The position numbers and the translations under genes were made by a program. Source: Chiloscyllium plagiosum (lineage: Eukaryota). From it: DNA of 64,000 bases. The stretch's first letter is position 1. Every line of letters starts with the position of its first letter. Where the stretch lies: positions 9,279,164 to 9,343,163 of the forward strand of contig NC_057720.1 in NCBI RefSeq assembly GCF_004010195.1. The letters run 5' to 3'. The notes under the pieces are model-generated. The model made no database searches. It saw nothing but the letters and a program-made list of their open reading frames with translations, and was not told where the DNA came from. Shown piece by piece: positions 1 through 13,510 of this stretch.

Positions 1-201
1 CAGTCAGTCTCGGATCAATGCCATTCCTGTGTGCCACTCACAGAAGGAACCACCATCAGCCAGTCTCTGCCAGCCACAGTCAATGATATTCGATCCAGAG
101 GCGACATACGCTCCAAATACAGACCTGCCCAGATAGAAAGGAGGCGACAATAGGGAGATATAGGGATTCACTAGCATTTCAGACTATTGAAAGGGAATAA
201 A

Positions 202-934
202 GTGAACAATCTAGGGTTTCTGCTAATCACAACTACATATTTGCAGCCAACAAACAATATGATTAAATGATGTAATCATGTGTATTAGTTTGAATATGAT
301 TGGATAGTATAATTGCACATGCTAACTGGAATGTGAGCTATCGAATGCATTTGGGTAGAGCTATGGGCAACTAGTTGAGTAGTGTTTTGGTTGGGAATTA
401 TTATTAACAGAAATATTTGATTGGAAGCTTGTTATCAGTAAAAACAATACAAAACCTTTGTTTTTGTGGCAGGAACTTGAGCTCTACACCATGCTCTTAA
501 AGTGTAAACCTCCAATGCACGCAGGAATAAATGTTGAAACAAAGAAACCTGAGTCTCCTCTGGTCTAAGAGGAAATAGAGTCATAGGTCATACATCATGG
601 AAATAGACTCAATAGTCCAATCAGTCCATGCTGACCCTCAACCCAAACTAAACCAGTCCCACCTGCCTGCGCTTGGCCATATCCCTCCAAACATTTCTAA
701 TTCATGAACGTATCCTAATGTCTTTTAAATGTTGTAACTGTACCTATATCCACCACTTCCTCTGGAAGTTCATTCCACAGACAAACCACTCTCTGTGTTA
801 AAAAAATTCCCCTCTTTTTTTTAATCTTTGTCCTTTCACCTTAAAAAATGCCCTCTGGTCTTGAAAGTCCCCACCTTTGGGAAAAGACACCTGCCATTCA
901 CCTAATCTATATCTAGAGTGAAATGCACTCTTTC
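202..934 (+). mobile_element. Possible ERV/LTR-type long terminal repeat, split by a CR1 fragment
   Basis: Purine-rich tract (aaagggaataaag) precedes TG at ~202, AATAAA lies at ~526, and the sequence ends ...ctctttCA after the CR1 insert. The CR1 is flanked by similar tctaagaggaaat/tctagagtgaaat. No second LTR is in the window. Confidence 0.25.
577..911 (-). mobile_element. CR1 LINE 3' end fragment
   Basis: Reverse complement of the CR1 ORF2 C-terminus and 3' tail (gtatgacctatgactctat), same family as 16300-16607. Confidence 0.85.
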
Positions 935-1019
935 AGTAGCAGAGAACACAATTGATAAAGAAAGGGGATAGCAAGTATACAAACTATACATTACAAATAT
1001 ATATTGCGAACACAAATGA

Positions 1020-2060
1020 GCAACTTCCTCGTCTTCAGTCCAGCTCCAATGCATCTCGTCCACATCCCGCACCTCCGCCCTCAAATCCCACCCCTCCAAC
1101 CCCTCCAAGGATAGAACCCCGCCCTGGTCCTCACCTTCCACCCTACCAACCTTCGCATAAACTGCACCATCTGCCAACATTTCCGCTACCTCCAAACGGA
1201 TCCCACCACCAGGGATATATTTCCCTTCCTACCCCTTTACACCTTCTGCAAAGACCATTCCCTCCGTGACTACCTGGTCAGGTCCACGCCCCCCAACAAC
1301 CCACCCTCCCGTCCTGGCACCCTCCCCTGCCACCGCAAGAATTGCAAAACATGCGCCTGCACCTCCTCCCTCACCACTATCCAAGACCTCAAAGGAGCCT
1401 TCCACATCCATCAAAATATCACCTGTACATCCACCAATGTAATTTATTGTATCCGTCGCTCCCGGTGCGGTCTCCTCTACAGTGGGGAGACTGGACGACT
1501 CCTAGCAGAGCGCTTTAGGGAACATCTCCGGGACACCCACACCAATCAACTCCACCACCCTGTGGCCCAACATTTCAACTCCCCCTCCCACTCTGCCGAG
1601 GACATGGAGGTCCTGAGCCTCCTCCACCGCCGCTCCATCACCACCCGACGTCTGGAGGAAGAAAGTTGCATATTAGTCAGAGGGAAATGGGCCTGGGTGG
1701 GTTACTCTTTGGAGGATCGGTGTGGACTCGTTGAGCCGAAGGGCCTGTTTCCACACTGTAGGGAATCTAATCTAATTTTAAAAAGCTTCATCTTCTGCCT
1801 CACTTCAACCCAGGGCACCAATGTAGACTTCACCAGTTTCCTCGTTTCCCCTCCCCCCACCTTACCCCAGTTCCAACCTTCCAGCTCGGCACTGTCCTCA
1901 TGACCTGCCCCCGAGACTTCCAGCCTCATTCCTGATGAAGGGCTTTTGCCCGAAACATTGATTTTGCTGCTCCTTGCATGTTGCCTGACCTGCTGTGCTT
2001 TTCCATCACCACTCTAATCTAAACTCTGGTTTCCAGCATCTGCAGTCATTACTTCTGCCG
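1020..2060 (+). mobile_element. Penelope-like element 3' part: GIY-YIG endonuclease region plus pLTR, interrupted by an HE1 3' piece (1664-1788)
   Basis: Translates to ...CHRKNCKTC...CTSTNVIYCIRRSRCGLLYSGETGRLLAERFREHLRD...HPVAQHFN..., the PLE Cys linker plus GIY-YIG motif. Hammerhead-like core at 1932-1959. Confidence 0.9.
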
Positions 2061-2228
2061 AGGGTTAATTTGCCTACAATGTCACAATCCCAACATGGAG
2101 AAGTCAAGGAGCCAGAACCTGAATCCACTAAATGTTAAACTAGCTCAGGACTCGCCAACTAGAGGAAACATCCTTTTCACATCCACATTGTCAACACCAT
2201 TCGAGATCCTATACACTTCAACCTGAGG

Positions 2229-2752
2229 AAATTTGGCATGACGGCGAATACCTTTGCCAACTTTTATATTTGCGCCATCAAGAGCATTCTGTCTGGATGT
2301 ATTGCTACCTGTTATGGTAATTCTACCATTCAAGATTGGAGACGGTTACAGAGAGTGGTGAACTCCGCTCAGACAACAACAAAGGCCTCCTATCTATAGA
2401 ATCCATCTACCAGGCCTGTTGTCAAGGAAAGACCGCTAGCATTCTCAAAGATCCATGCCACCCTGGCAATGCTTTTCTATAATCTCTATCATCGGGGAGA
2501 AGGTACAGAAGCCTGAACACACGCATCAGCTGGTTTCGAAACAGTTTCTACCCGACTGTTGTTAGAATATTGAATGGACTCACAAATTCTTAACATTCGC
2601 CTGTACCTGTGTTTTTGTTTTTGCCGCTGTCTACCTATTATTTACTTATCTATGCAACTTAACTCTGTGATCTGCCTGTGTTGCTCGCAGGACAAAGCTT
2701 TATACTGTGCCTCGGTACACGTGACAATAAATTCAATTCAGTTTAATTCAAT
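2229..2752 (+). mobile_element. Rex1/Babar LINE 3' fragment
   Basis: KFGMTANTFANFYICAIKSILSGCIATCYGN...RRLQRVVNSAQ, followed by a gtgacaataaa plus (ttcaa)n tail. Confidence 0.8.
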
Positions 2753-3654
2753 CGAATGCCCTCTCCCTCTTTAGATCCCTTTTGATGGCACCAATCTGAT
2801 CCACACTCTGCTGTCCAGCTAACTGAGCTAAAATGGGTCTGAAGGAGTCCAATTTGCTGTGGCTATGCAGATATTTTCACATGTTTATTGTACTCCAGAG
2901 CTACAAATACTGTTGGTGGATGCTCCAACTGTTTTCGCATAGCTACGAGATTGCAATGTTCTGTTATTTTCCTTCTTGAATAAGGATCTCCACTGAGCGC
3001 ATAAATATTACTGTTATTTGTTTGTTCTTTCAACTTAAATAAATTTGTTTCCTAATCTAGTTCACTAGTGATTAGGGAGTTAAATAAAAGAAAGGTTATG
3101 AGCTAATGTTGCTAAACTAGTCACGTCTGTGAATTATCCCCTCAACCCCAACACCAGACACCCCTACTCCCTCCCAGAAATACTGCTGTGCACATTAGTT
3201 CTGGTGTTGATTCCTATGTTATCACTTACATCCATTTGATTATTGGACGATTGGGTGGGGAATGGAGGTGATGTACATGAATGCATTCTATTCCACAGAA
3301 TAAACTGAACATATTAATATTAAGTTTGCATTATGAAGATTACTGAGTTTTATAATGGAACCATTATCTGTCAGTGAAGCTGTTGAAGAGTTTAGGGACA
3401 ATGCGATATGACATTCCCAGCAGTCCTATCTCTTTGTGTCGGGACTGACAAACATGGCAACAGAGGATTTTAAAAAGGCACATCACCTGCCCTTGCTATC
3501 AGTAGTTTTACAAGTTATTTGCTTTGCAAATTAAGTAAACTGCTGGGGAAACAAAAGGCAGATTTCAAAAAAGTGATTTCTCATGACATCTCATTTGCTG
3601 CTATTCAAATCTCCACAAAAGTCAAGATTTTTATGGCCTCTGGGGCTATATACA

Positions 3655-3825
3655 CAGCTTACCTCAGTTCCAGCCTTCCAGCTCTGCACTGTCCTGATGA
3701 CCCGTCCGACCTGCCAATCTCCCTTCCCACCTATCTGCTCCACCCTCCCCTCTGACCTATCACCTCCATCCCCACCCCCAATCACCTACTGTACTCTTTG
3801 CCAGCACCACTCTGATCTAAACCCT
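3655..3825 (+). mobile_element. Penelope-like 3' non-coding fragment
   Basis: Matches 1860-1910 and the pLTR end ccagcaccactctgatctaaac. Confidence 0.7.
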
Positions 3826-4066
3826 ACTTTTCCATTATAGCTTTGTAGTCATCTAAAGTCGCAAATGGTGTTGATGGCTCACAACAGAGAGTGTCCTTTA
3901 CTCATTCCTGAAACAGATGCTTCAGGGTTTTAATTCAGAGAAACTTGTACCTTGGTGTTTCTTGCTTAAGCTTTGATTTACCTTGTAACAGCCAGCTCAA
4001 TGATATTGCGTCTGTGGAATTGCCTGCTACAGAAAATAGCTGAGGCCAAGACTGAGTTAGTTATAG

Positions 4067-5025
4067 TTAAGACCATAAGAAATAGGAGCAGGAGTAGGCC
4101 ATTCGGCTCCTTGATCCCACTCTGCCATTCAATGAAATTATGGTTGATCCAACATTCCTTATATCCACTCTCCTGTAGTTTCCCTGTAAAACTTGATTCC
4201 CCTATTGATCAAGAATCTGTTTATCTCGGTCTTAAATATACACAAGGACTCTATCCCCACAGCTCTCTGTGCCAAGGAGTTCCAAAGGCACATAATACAC
4301 TGAGAGCAGAAATCATTTCTCATTTCAGTCTTAAATTGGCACCCTTAATTCTGCGACTTTATCCCATGACGGGAAACATCCTCTCAGCATTTACCTCTCA
4401 AGCCACTTAAGAATCCTATATATTTCAATGAGATCACCTCATCTTCTAAACTCCAGTGAGTAGAGTCCCAGCCTTTGATCTTAAAACAATCCCTCCACAC
4501 CAGGGATCATCCTAGTGAACCTTCTGTAAACTGCCTCCAATGAAATGATATCTTCCCTTAAATAAGGGGACCAACACTGCTCACAGTACAGGGGAAACCT
4601 CAATTATCCGAAGGACACGGGCGGGGAGTATTTCGTTTGGTTAATCAAATTCCAGATAATCGAATGCTGGATGACATAGTTTAGCCAAGCATTGGGACAT
4701 TGCAAACTTGCCGGATAATCCGATACTCGGACAATCGAATGCCAGATAATCGAGGTTCCTCGTTAGCCTAGATGTGGTCTCACCAGCACCTTGTACCGTT
4801 GTCTTATATTTCAACCCCCTTGAAGTAAGGGCCAACATTCCACTCACCTTCCTGATTACCTGCTGTCCCTGTGTGCTGGCTTTCGGTGTTTCACCCAGTC
4901 CCTCTGTGTTGCAGCTTTCTGCAGTTTCTCTCCATTTAAATAATACTCTGTTCTTTTCATCGTCCTTCCACAATGAACAACTTCACTTTTTCTCACATTG
5001 GACTCCATTTGCCAAACTTTCTCGG
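4067..5025 (-). mobile_element. CR1 LINE 3' fragment, interrupted by a MITE
   Basis: Tail cctgctcctatttcttatggtctta on the minus strand; QQVIRKVSGMLA...RGLKYK frame. Confidence 0.8.
4589..4763. mobile_element. Tc1/mariner-pogo (Tigger-like) MITE, ~175 bp
   Basis: TA|CAGGGGAAACCTCAATTATC at the left and GATAATCGAGGTTCCTCG at the right form imperfect TIRs. Internal gataatcg repeats. The host CR1 resumes after it. Confidence 0.75.
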
Positions 5026-5689
5026 TGCTAAAAGGATCAAAGAGTGTGAGGAAAATATGGTAATTGGCTCTTGACTCGGAATATCAGCTTTGATAATATT
5101 AAACAGCGGAACAGACTCAAAGGACTGAATGGCCTTTTCCTATTTCGCATGCTTCTATCCTTTATTTTGTGGGAGCTTGCTGTGTGGAAATTGGCAGCTT
5201 CGCAAAAGTACCTACACTCTGAATGTACCAGGTTGGTTGCATTAAAAATCACTCGGAGCGTTTCAATGTTGAATTGCTGTTGTATACATGCAGCGTCTTC
5301 GTTTGGAACTGATATAAATAGAGCGTGACTGCTAAGTAAGGTTGGCACTGTACCTCTGAAGTAAGAATCCCCCTGACAACTCTGATGATGAGGCAAGATT
5401 ATATGTATGAGCACCTAAGGCATCTTAAACTTTTCTGTCTTCTATTTTCACCAGCCCATTCTGCTCTTGTATGAAATGGGTCAACAGTTCCGCCAAAATC
5501 GTACATAAGGTGCTTGCATTTATGATAACGCTGTGCATTCGCTGAGCCCAAGGTTGTAACTCCATTTATAGCAACTTACCCTGTTCGCCGTTTCAACTGA
5601 ACTTTTAAGGAGTTTTTTTTTTTAAGAATACCTTCTTATTTTTGCTTCTTATTTTTGATGGAATTGCTAAACCATGGACATCTTGCAAC

Positions 5690-5806
5690 ATGGCGAAAGT
5701 GAGGACTGCAGATGCTGGAGCTGGGTGCTGGAAAAGCACAGCAGGTCAGGCCGCATCCGAGGAGCAGGAGGATCGACGTTTCAGGCAAAAGCCCTTCATC
5801 AGGAAT
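5690..5806 (-). mobile_element. PLE pLTR fragment with hammerhead-like core (5775-5802)
   Basis: Reverse complement reads ctgatgaagggcttttgcctgaaacgtc...gatgcggcctgacctgctgtgcttttccagc. Confidence 0.8.
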
Positions 5807-5924
5807 GAGCATGCCTGCGCACTCATCCAGAGGTTAATAAAATTAACAGAGAAGCAAAACATTGACTTCAGAAGATTCAAGAGGAACAATTCACAATTGT
5901 ATGGGACTGCCAGCATAATGGAAG

Positions 5925-6160
5925 ATGGTTGGTTAGCTAATGGAAGGTCGTTAGTTAGCCCAGTTGCTGGCTAACTTTCAATGCAGAATCCAACAATCTG
6001 GATTCAGTTCCCACACTAGCTGAGGTTACCAAGAGGAATTCTCTTTCCCAATCTCTGCCGTTGCATGAGAAGTGATGATCCTCAGGTTAAACCACCACCA
6101 GTTGCCTCCTTCTAAAGAGAGAGAGCAGCCCTATGGTCTGGTAGGACCGTAGTGACTTTA
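5925..6160 (+). mobile_element. tRNA-derived SINE (non-HE1 family, possibly MetaSINE-type)
   Basis: A-box-like ggttagctaatgg, B-box-like ggattcagttcc and central ctcaggttaaaccaccaccagt. Homologue at 57880-58085 (-). Confidence 0.6.
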
Positions 6161-6432
6161 CCTTTATTGACAAGTGGTTTCTGAAACGGGATATACTGTA
6201 GGTGCTGGAAATCAGAAATAAAAGCAGCACACAATGGGAACACTCAGCAGGTCTCGCAGCATCTGCGAAAAGAGGGAAGCAGACTTGATGGGTCCGATGT
6301 TCCCCTCCCCAGAAGCAGCGAAATAGGGAAAGAAGTGGATGATATTCTCCTGGTGGGACACTCGGCTCCCTCCTCTCCACCCGAACCATGAGGGTCTTGG
6401 AGAGAAGATCCATGGGCACAACAAATCTAAAG

Positions 6433-6583
6433 GGTGAATGTGAGGACTGCAGATGCTGGAGATCAGAGTCAAGATTAGAGTGGTGCTTCCTGATGAAGGG
6501 CTTCTGCCCGAAACGTCGATTTTCCAGCTCCTCAGATGCTGCCTGACCTGCTGTGCATTTCCAGCACCACTCTAATCTTGACC
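6433..6583 (+). mobile_element. Short PLE pLTR insert with inverted ends and 12-bp TSD
   Basis: TSD acaaatctaaag at 6421-6432 and 6584-6595; 20-bp inverted repeat at 6468-6487 and 6563-6582. Confidence 0.85.
6490..6517 (+). ncRNA. Minimal type I hammerhead-ribozyme-like motif (PLE family 1)
   Basis: CTGATGA-A-GGGC-ttct-GCCC-GAAA-CG-TC: conserved core, 4-bp stem II, palindromic ACGT stem III, GUC site. Stem I is weak. Confidence 0.65.
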
Positions 6584-6859
6584 ACAAATCTAAAGTCTAA
6601 AGTGATTAATTGATGGCCACTTGAGGATTTTAACTTGACTCTCTTCCTGGGAAAGTACATAGCTTCTCAACTGGGAAGCCTGAGTTTTTGTCAGGTTGAG
6701 AGGACTGTCCCACTCCAGGAGAAATTAGAGGCATGGATGGGAGAGGCAAGAGGGTAACATCTGAGAACCTGTGTTAATGATTAACCCTAAACCCTAACCC
6801 CTAAGAACAGTATGAAAATGACTTCCCTTCTCATCTCTAGATCCTCCAAAGAGTTGACT

Positions 6860-7185
6860 GGGAGGTAGAAACGTCATTGTAATGTCAATGAATTTACAAT
6901 ATGGAACTCTAGGCGAACACATTGGGTTCAAATTTCACTGTAGCTGCTGGTGAAATTTGATTACAGTGAGTTGTGAGCTTAATGATGACAGTACAACCAT
7001 TGTCAATTGATGTAAAGACCCATCTGTTTCACTAACATCCTTTGGGGAGGGAAATCAGTTGTCCTGATCTATTGTGGATGTGGCTCATGTGAATGACCTT
7101 TAGCTGCCCTCTGGGCACTGAAGAACGGGCAATAAATGCCGGCAAAGACAGCAATATCCACATCCCATGACAGGATCTTTAAAAA
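6860..7185 (+). mobile_element. Degraded tRNA-derived SINE sharing its 3' tail with the CR1/L2-group LINE at 23549 and 47900
   Basis: gggttcaaatttcac B-box and gggcaataaatgccggc...cacatcccatga tail. Related minus-strand copies at ~26160-26475 and ~56255-56560. Confidence 0.55.
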
Positions 7186-7449
7186 GTAGGCCTCAACTGG
7201 AAATCCAGGGGGGCACTGATGCTGCTGGCCTTTGATTGGCTGACAGTTTTTCACCAACACCCCCCCACCTCCGTCTCCCCCAATTCCACAAACCACACAC
7301 ACACACACACACGGGCAGCCATGTCGAGGTAAAGGAATGCACCGACTCTCTGTCAGCTCTTTGGTCTGTGATAGGTTGAGATTTTTCACCAATGGGAATA
7401 TGCGTTAGGCTCCACCAAATACGCCTGACCTCACACTCACAAAACAATG

Positions 7450-7722
7450 ATAAGGAGGAGCCGGTGTTGGACAGGGGTAGACAATGTTAAAAGTCACACA
7501 ACACCAGGTTATAGATCAACAGATCTATTTAGAAGCACTAGCTTTTGAGGTGCTGCCTCAAGATTTTTAACTTTGTCACAAAATAATGGTAGCCATGATG
7601 TGGAGGTACCGGTGTTGGATTGGAGTGGACATGTTCAGATGTCACACGACACCAGGTTAAAGTCCAACAGGTTTATTTTAAATCATAAGCTTTCAAAGCG
7701 CTGCCCCTTCATCAGATGAAGG
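7450..7722 (-). mobile_element. Two PLE family-2 pLTR fragments
   Basis: cacaacaccaggttatag...gcactagcttt units. The first is flanked by tcacaaaa(c/t)aatg (7437-7449 and 7576-7588). Core ctgatgaaggggcagcgctttgaaagctt at 7687-7715 (-). Confidence 0.7.
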
Positions 7723-10483
7723 TGATGTGCAAACAAAGCAAGGGTGACATGAGGAAAACCTTGAGAAAGTGAGGACTGCAAACCTGCTGTGCTTTCCAGC
7801 ACCACACTTTTGACATGAGGTAAAGCGTTTTCACACAGCAAGGTATGGGATGCACTGCCGGGAAATGTGATGGAAGCAGGTTCAATGGAAGCATCGGGTG
7901 GTGATCCGGATAGAAATGGTGTGCAGGAATTTGGGAAAAAGGCAGCAGATAGCAACTAAGTAACAGAACTGGTGCAGGCATGATGGGCCAAATGGCCTTC
8001 TGCAGCAGGATAACACTTCAATGATTCTATGAAGTAAGCACCAGTGAAACAAGTAAATGATACTGTAGGACTCATACACTTCAAAGTGGAGGACCAGTAT
8101 GACCAGTACATTCATTTCCACGTATTACTTTTGTTCTACTCTGGAGTAATGGTAATGTGATTTGCACTGGGGACATTGGTGCTAATGTCACTCCGTTATC
8201 TGGTAGAATTGCAACACAGGCAATAAATCCGGAAAGTAAGCATACAGAGGCAGCAGATTGTGAATACAAGATTAAAAAGACTTGAATTCTGTGGAAGACG
8301 CACAGAGAATAGCAGGGAATCTCAGCAGGTCAGGAAACATCGGTGGAGAAAGAAATTGAGTTGAAGCTTTGAGTCTGATATGACACTTCCTCTTTTACTT
8401 CAGAATTGAGTTCTGTTTTGTAGAAAAGTCATTCCAGACTCAATATGCTAACTCTTTTTTTTTCTCTCCTGAGATCTGCTCAGCTCCTCTGCCATTCTCT
8501 GTGTTTGTCTCAGATTTCCACCGTCTGCAGTATTACACTTTTATTCGAGTTTTGAATTCTGTGGGAATTCACTACAGCAGTGTCTAGTGGGCTTGGGGAT
8601 ACTGAATTAGTTTGCGGAGGAGGTGACAGATTTTTGATTAGTAACTGGTTGAACGGTTGTGGAGAGCAGGCAGGAAAGGCTGAGATGAGATCAGCCATTG
8701 TATTGTATGGCAGAGCAGGCTCGAGGGGCTGAATGGCCTCCTTCTGCTCTTCACCCTTATGTTCTTGGCCTGAATACCGTAGTGCCACCATCCTTGAGCA
8801 TACAGAGACTAATCTGGTTTGAAGATTTTGGGTGTGTCAGCCATGTTGTAGCACAATGCACAGCAAGGGATGGGGAGAAATATAGTTATTATTTATTTTA
8901 GCAATACAACCAGGTCAGAACAACAACAACTGGGAGACAATCTATCAGTTGTTCAATCTCAGGTTCATTCCATCTCCCACGCCAAAGGAACTGGTTGAGT
9001 TTTAGGCTATCACCACGGCTGACGGTCAGGTCAATGTACAAAAAATAATTAACCATTGTACTGCACAGAGACAATGTTTTATCCATTGGTGTGGGGAAAT
9101 CAACAGAAAAATATGCAAGATTAAAAATGGTCTTGATTTCACCCGACTCTCAGCAATGATCTATTCTTACACATCGCATTACCCAAAACACACTCCACTA
9201 ACATCCAGGATGAAGATTTTATCAAAGGTAATCAGAACATGAATTCAACAAATCATTTATGATGAATCCTTTAAGAGTCAGAGCTGCCTTTGAGATCGAA
9301 TAAATCACCATCGGGTGTAAATCAGGGTGCATTTATAATCCATCCCGGAGGGCTAGTTAGGTAGTAGAAAGCTATAAAAGAACTATCTCTTAAGCAGGAT
9401 AATCTTGTTAAAGAAAAGAGCGCGCCTTAATGTGACTAAGACATAATAATTTACTGGCCTCCTTCAAGCTTATTATCGAAAAGGCGATAAGTATTTCATT
9501 TTATGATGAAGTTCCACTGTTTGTAATGTGTCTTTTCTCACACTGCTCTGGCTGCTTGTGTAATGCCTGAAAGAGCTGGGTCTGAGAATTACACTGTGCA
9601 AATGTAGATCTGTTAAGTACTTTAATGCCTCCATTAAACCAGTGGGGTAACAGGCAAATCTGATTAGGTTAATAACGCCTCCTTGGATGTGAAGGACCAG
9701 GGTATTTATTGAAGTGGATTCATGCAAGGAACCTATCCAGATTATGACTTTTGAATTCACTGATTTTGATACATACAGCTGGAGGAAACCATTTGGTCCA
9801 TTTGATACAGTCTGAACACACAGAAGGTCCAAAGATCATGAAGCAGGGATTCTTCATTCTACTGGCATTGGGCCTTCACAAAGTTGGTGGTAAATTAAGG
9901 CTAAACAAGCAAGTATTCACATGGAGTGAAGGCTGCAGTTTACATTAGATTGAGAAATCCCTTGATGTTCAGCCTTTCTTCCTGTAACTCCTATAACCGC
10001 ACTGCCAGCAGGGGTAGTAGAGTCAGATACATTAGGGACATTTAAGGACTCTTGGATAGGCACATGGAAAACAATACAATGAAGGGTATGTAGTTTAGTC
10101 TGATCTTAGAGTAGGATAAAAGGCCGGCACAACATCGAGGACTGTACTGTTGTATGGTTCCTTCTTTCCTTAATGATAGTTCTTTGTCCAGAAAGAGTTT
10201 GTCAGCTCCAACTGCCCTCCCTCACTGTTGTCACTTACTGTTGGAGCTCCCAGTAAAACTGCTTGAGCTCCCCTGCTTGGCACCCTCCCTCACTGCTGCC
10301 ACCTGCTGCCAAGATTCCATTACTATAGAAAGTGCCTCTTCAAGCATTGAACTGAGCCACAATTTTTGCGTCCACTGGTCTCAGAAAAAAACTGTGACCC
10401 TTTACCTGGCATCAATCCTGGACTGCTTTCAGACAAAATAGAAGTTGCCGGAAAAGCTCAGCAGGTGTGTAGAGAGAAATCAG

Positions 10484-10521
10484 AGTTAACGTTTCAGGTT
10501 GAATGACACTTCCTCAGAACT
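10484..10521 (-). ncRNA. Hammerhead-like motif, PLE family 3 (decayed stem II)
   Basis: Reverse complement agtt-CTGAGGA-A-gtgtcattcaacct-GAAA-CG-TT-aact, with a 4-bp stem I (agtt/aact). Related copy at 13683-13715 (+). Confidence 0.5.
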
Positions 10522-10545
10522 GATAGTAGCTAAGAAGATGTTGGT

Positions 10546-13510
10546 TTAGAACATTGATATTGAAAGGTACAGCACAGAACAGGCCCTTCGGCCTACAATG
10601 TTGTGCCATGGATTATTCCTAATTTAAAATAATTCATTCAGTGCTGTAAAAGAGGTAAAAACAATGACTGCAGATGCTGGAAACCAGATTCTGGATCAGT
10701 GGTGCTGGAAGAGCACAGCAATTCAGGCAGCATCCGAAAAGCTTCGAAATCGACGTTTCGGGCAAAAGCCCTTCATCCATGCGCATGTCCAGCAGTCGCT
10801 TAAATGTCCCTAATGACTCTGCTTCCATCACCACCACTGGCAATGCACTCCATGCATTCGCAACTCTCTACGTAAAGAATCTCTGACGTCTCCTCTATAC
10901 CTTCCTCCTAATATCTTAAAACTATGACCCCTCATGCCAGTCAATCCTGCCCTGAGGAAAAGTCTCTGGCTATTGACTTTTTCCATGCCTCTCATTATTT
11001 TGTACACCTCGATCAGGTCACCTCTCTTCCTCCTTCTCTCCAGAGAGAAAAGTCCAAGCTTAGTCAACCTTTCTCTGTAAGACAAGCCCTCCAGTCCTGG
11101 CTGCATCCTGGTAAACCTTCTTTGCATCCTCTCTCAAGCTCAGCATCTTTTCTATATAGAGTGTCAAGAACTGAACACAATATTCCAAGTGTGGCCTCAC
11201 CAGAGTTTGTAGAGATGCAACAAAACCTCGTGGCTCTTAAACTCAATCCAATGCATCACTTTGCATTTATCCAGGTTGAACTCCATTTGCCATTTCTCAG
11301 CCCAGCTCTGCATCCTGTCTATGTCACGCTGCAGCCTGCAATAGCCCTCGATACTATCAACAGCATCTCCAACCTTGGTGTCATCGGCAAATTTATTAAC
11401 CCACCCCTCAACCTCTTCAACCAGATTATGTATAAAATTTACAAAGAGCAGAGGCCAAAGAACTCACCACTGACCTCCAGGCAGAATACTTTCCATCTAC
11501 AACCACTCTCTGCTTTCTGTCAGCCAACGAAATCTGAATCCAGATAGCCAAATCTCCCTGAATCCCATACCTCCTGACTTTATGAATGAGCCTACCATGG
11601 GAAACTTTATCAAATGCCTTGCTGAAGTCCACATACACCACATCCACCACTTAACCTTCATCGGCCTGTCTTTGCACCTCCTCAAAGAACTCAATAAGGT
11701 TTATGAGGCATGACCTGCCCCTCACAAAGTCATGCAGACTGCCTTTAATCATGCTATGCCTTTCCAAATAGTCATAAATCCTATCCCTCAGAATTCTTTC
11801 CACAACCTTGCTGACCACCAACTTAAGACTGACTGGTCTGTTTTGCCAGGGATTTCCCTGTTCACCTTCTTAAAAAGAGGAAAAACATTCGCTTCCCTCC
11901 AATCCTCCGGTACAACTTCCATGGAGAGTGAGGAAGCAAAGATCTTCACCAGCGGCTTAGCAACCTCCTTTCTCCTTTCCTGGAACAACCTAGGATAAAC
12001 GCGGTCTGGCCCTGCGGACATATCAATCTTAAAGCTTGCCAAACCTTCCAGCACATCAACTTCATCAATTTTGATCTGTTCAAGCCTGTTTCTCAGCTCC
12101 TCAAAGTTCTCATTCACAACAAGGTCTCTTTCCTTAGTGAAAGCTGAAGCTAAAATCTCATTTAGGGCTTCCCTTATCTGCTTTGACTCCACGCATAAGT
12201 TCCCTCCGCTATCCCTGATTGGCCCTACCTTCTCCCTGATCATTCTTTTATTCCTCACGTATGAGTAAAATTCCTTTGGGTTCTCCATAATCCTTCCTGC
12301 CAAACCCTTTTCGTGCCCCCTCCTGGCTCTCCTCAGTCCATTTCTGAGTACCTTTCTAGTAAGCCTGTAATCCTCTAAAGCTGTGCTAGACCCTTGCTTC
12401 CTTCACAATACGTAAGCTGCTTTCTTTCATTTGACGAGAACCTCCTCTGTTCTCTTCATGCAAGGCTCCTTACCCCTTCTTGCCTGTCTCAGAGGAACAC
12501 ATTTGTGCATCACTCACAACAAATGCTCCTTAAACAGTCTCCACTACAGTTGTGCCCTTTCTGTGGAACAATTGCTCCCAATCTGTACTTCCCAACCCCT
12601 GTCTGATAGCATCATAATTTCCTTTTCTCCAATTAAATACTTTCCCATGGTAATGGCTCCTTTCCTTCTCCAAGGCTATGGTAAATGTGAGGCAGTTGTG
12701 ATCACTGTCACCAAAGTGCTCTCCCACCATGAGATCTGACACCTATCCTGGCTCATTGCCGAGCACCAAATCCAAAATGGCCTCTCCCTTCATCGGTCTG
12801 TCTACATACTGAGTAAGGAAACCCTCCTGAACACACCTGACAAAAACTGCTCCATCCAAACCACCTGCACTAAGGACATTCCAGTCAATATTGGGAAAGT
12901 TGAAGTCATCCATAACAACAACCTGCTACATCTGCATTTTTCCAAAATCTGCCGTCCTCTGAGCTCTTCAATCTCCCTACTGCTATTAGGGGGTCTGTAG
13001 GAACCCTCCAGTGAGGTGGTTACTCCCTTGCTGTTCCTAACTTCCACCCATACTGATTGAGTAGACCAACCATCCTTAACAACCTTAGTTTCTGTAGCTG
13101 TAATGCACTCTCTGATTAGCAAAGCTACACCGTCTCATCATAGTCCCAAGTACTGATCCCCATGCTCTAAGTTCATCACTCTTACCTCTGACACTCCTTG
13201 CATTAAAGCAGACACACTTTAACCAACCCCTTTGTTTCATCACGTGAAAAACCTTCCTGATAGATTCACGACATCCTGTCACTGCCCCATCTACAACTAC
13301 CCTCCTCTCAGATATGTAGCTCTGGTTTCCACCCCCTTGACAAACTAGTTTAAACCCTCCCGAAGCACACAAACAAATCTCCCACTCAGGACGTTTGTGC
13401 CCCTCCAGTTTAGGTGCAACCCATCCTTCATGTACAGGTCCCACATTCCTCAGAAGACATCCCAATGGTCTAGGTGTCTGAAGCCCTCGCTCCTGCACCA
13501 GCCTCACAGC
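10546..13510 (-). mobile_element. CR1 LINE, ~3 kb: decayed ORF2 (APE + RT) and 3' tail, with a PLE fragment at 10650-10777
   Basis: CVCFNARSVRGKSDELRAW, GEHFGDSDHN, VPEDWREANV, VDVVYVDFSKAFDKV and QRRFTRM motifs in frameshifted ORFs. Confidence 0.95.

Noticed and set aside
1..153. Open frame at the window start, possibly the end of a retroviral gene
   Set aside because: It is too short and truncated by the window edge to assign.
6781..6803. Telomere-like taaccc repeats
   Set aside because: Only about three imperfect units are present, compatible with chance.
9779..9890. Possible exon between tacag and gtaaat
   Set aside because: The polypyrimidine tract is weak and no frame gives a recognisable peptide.
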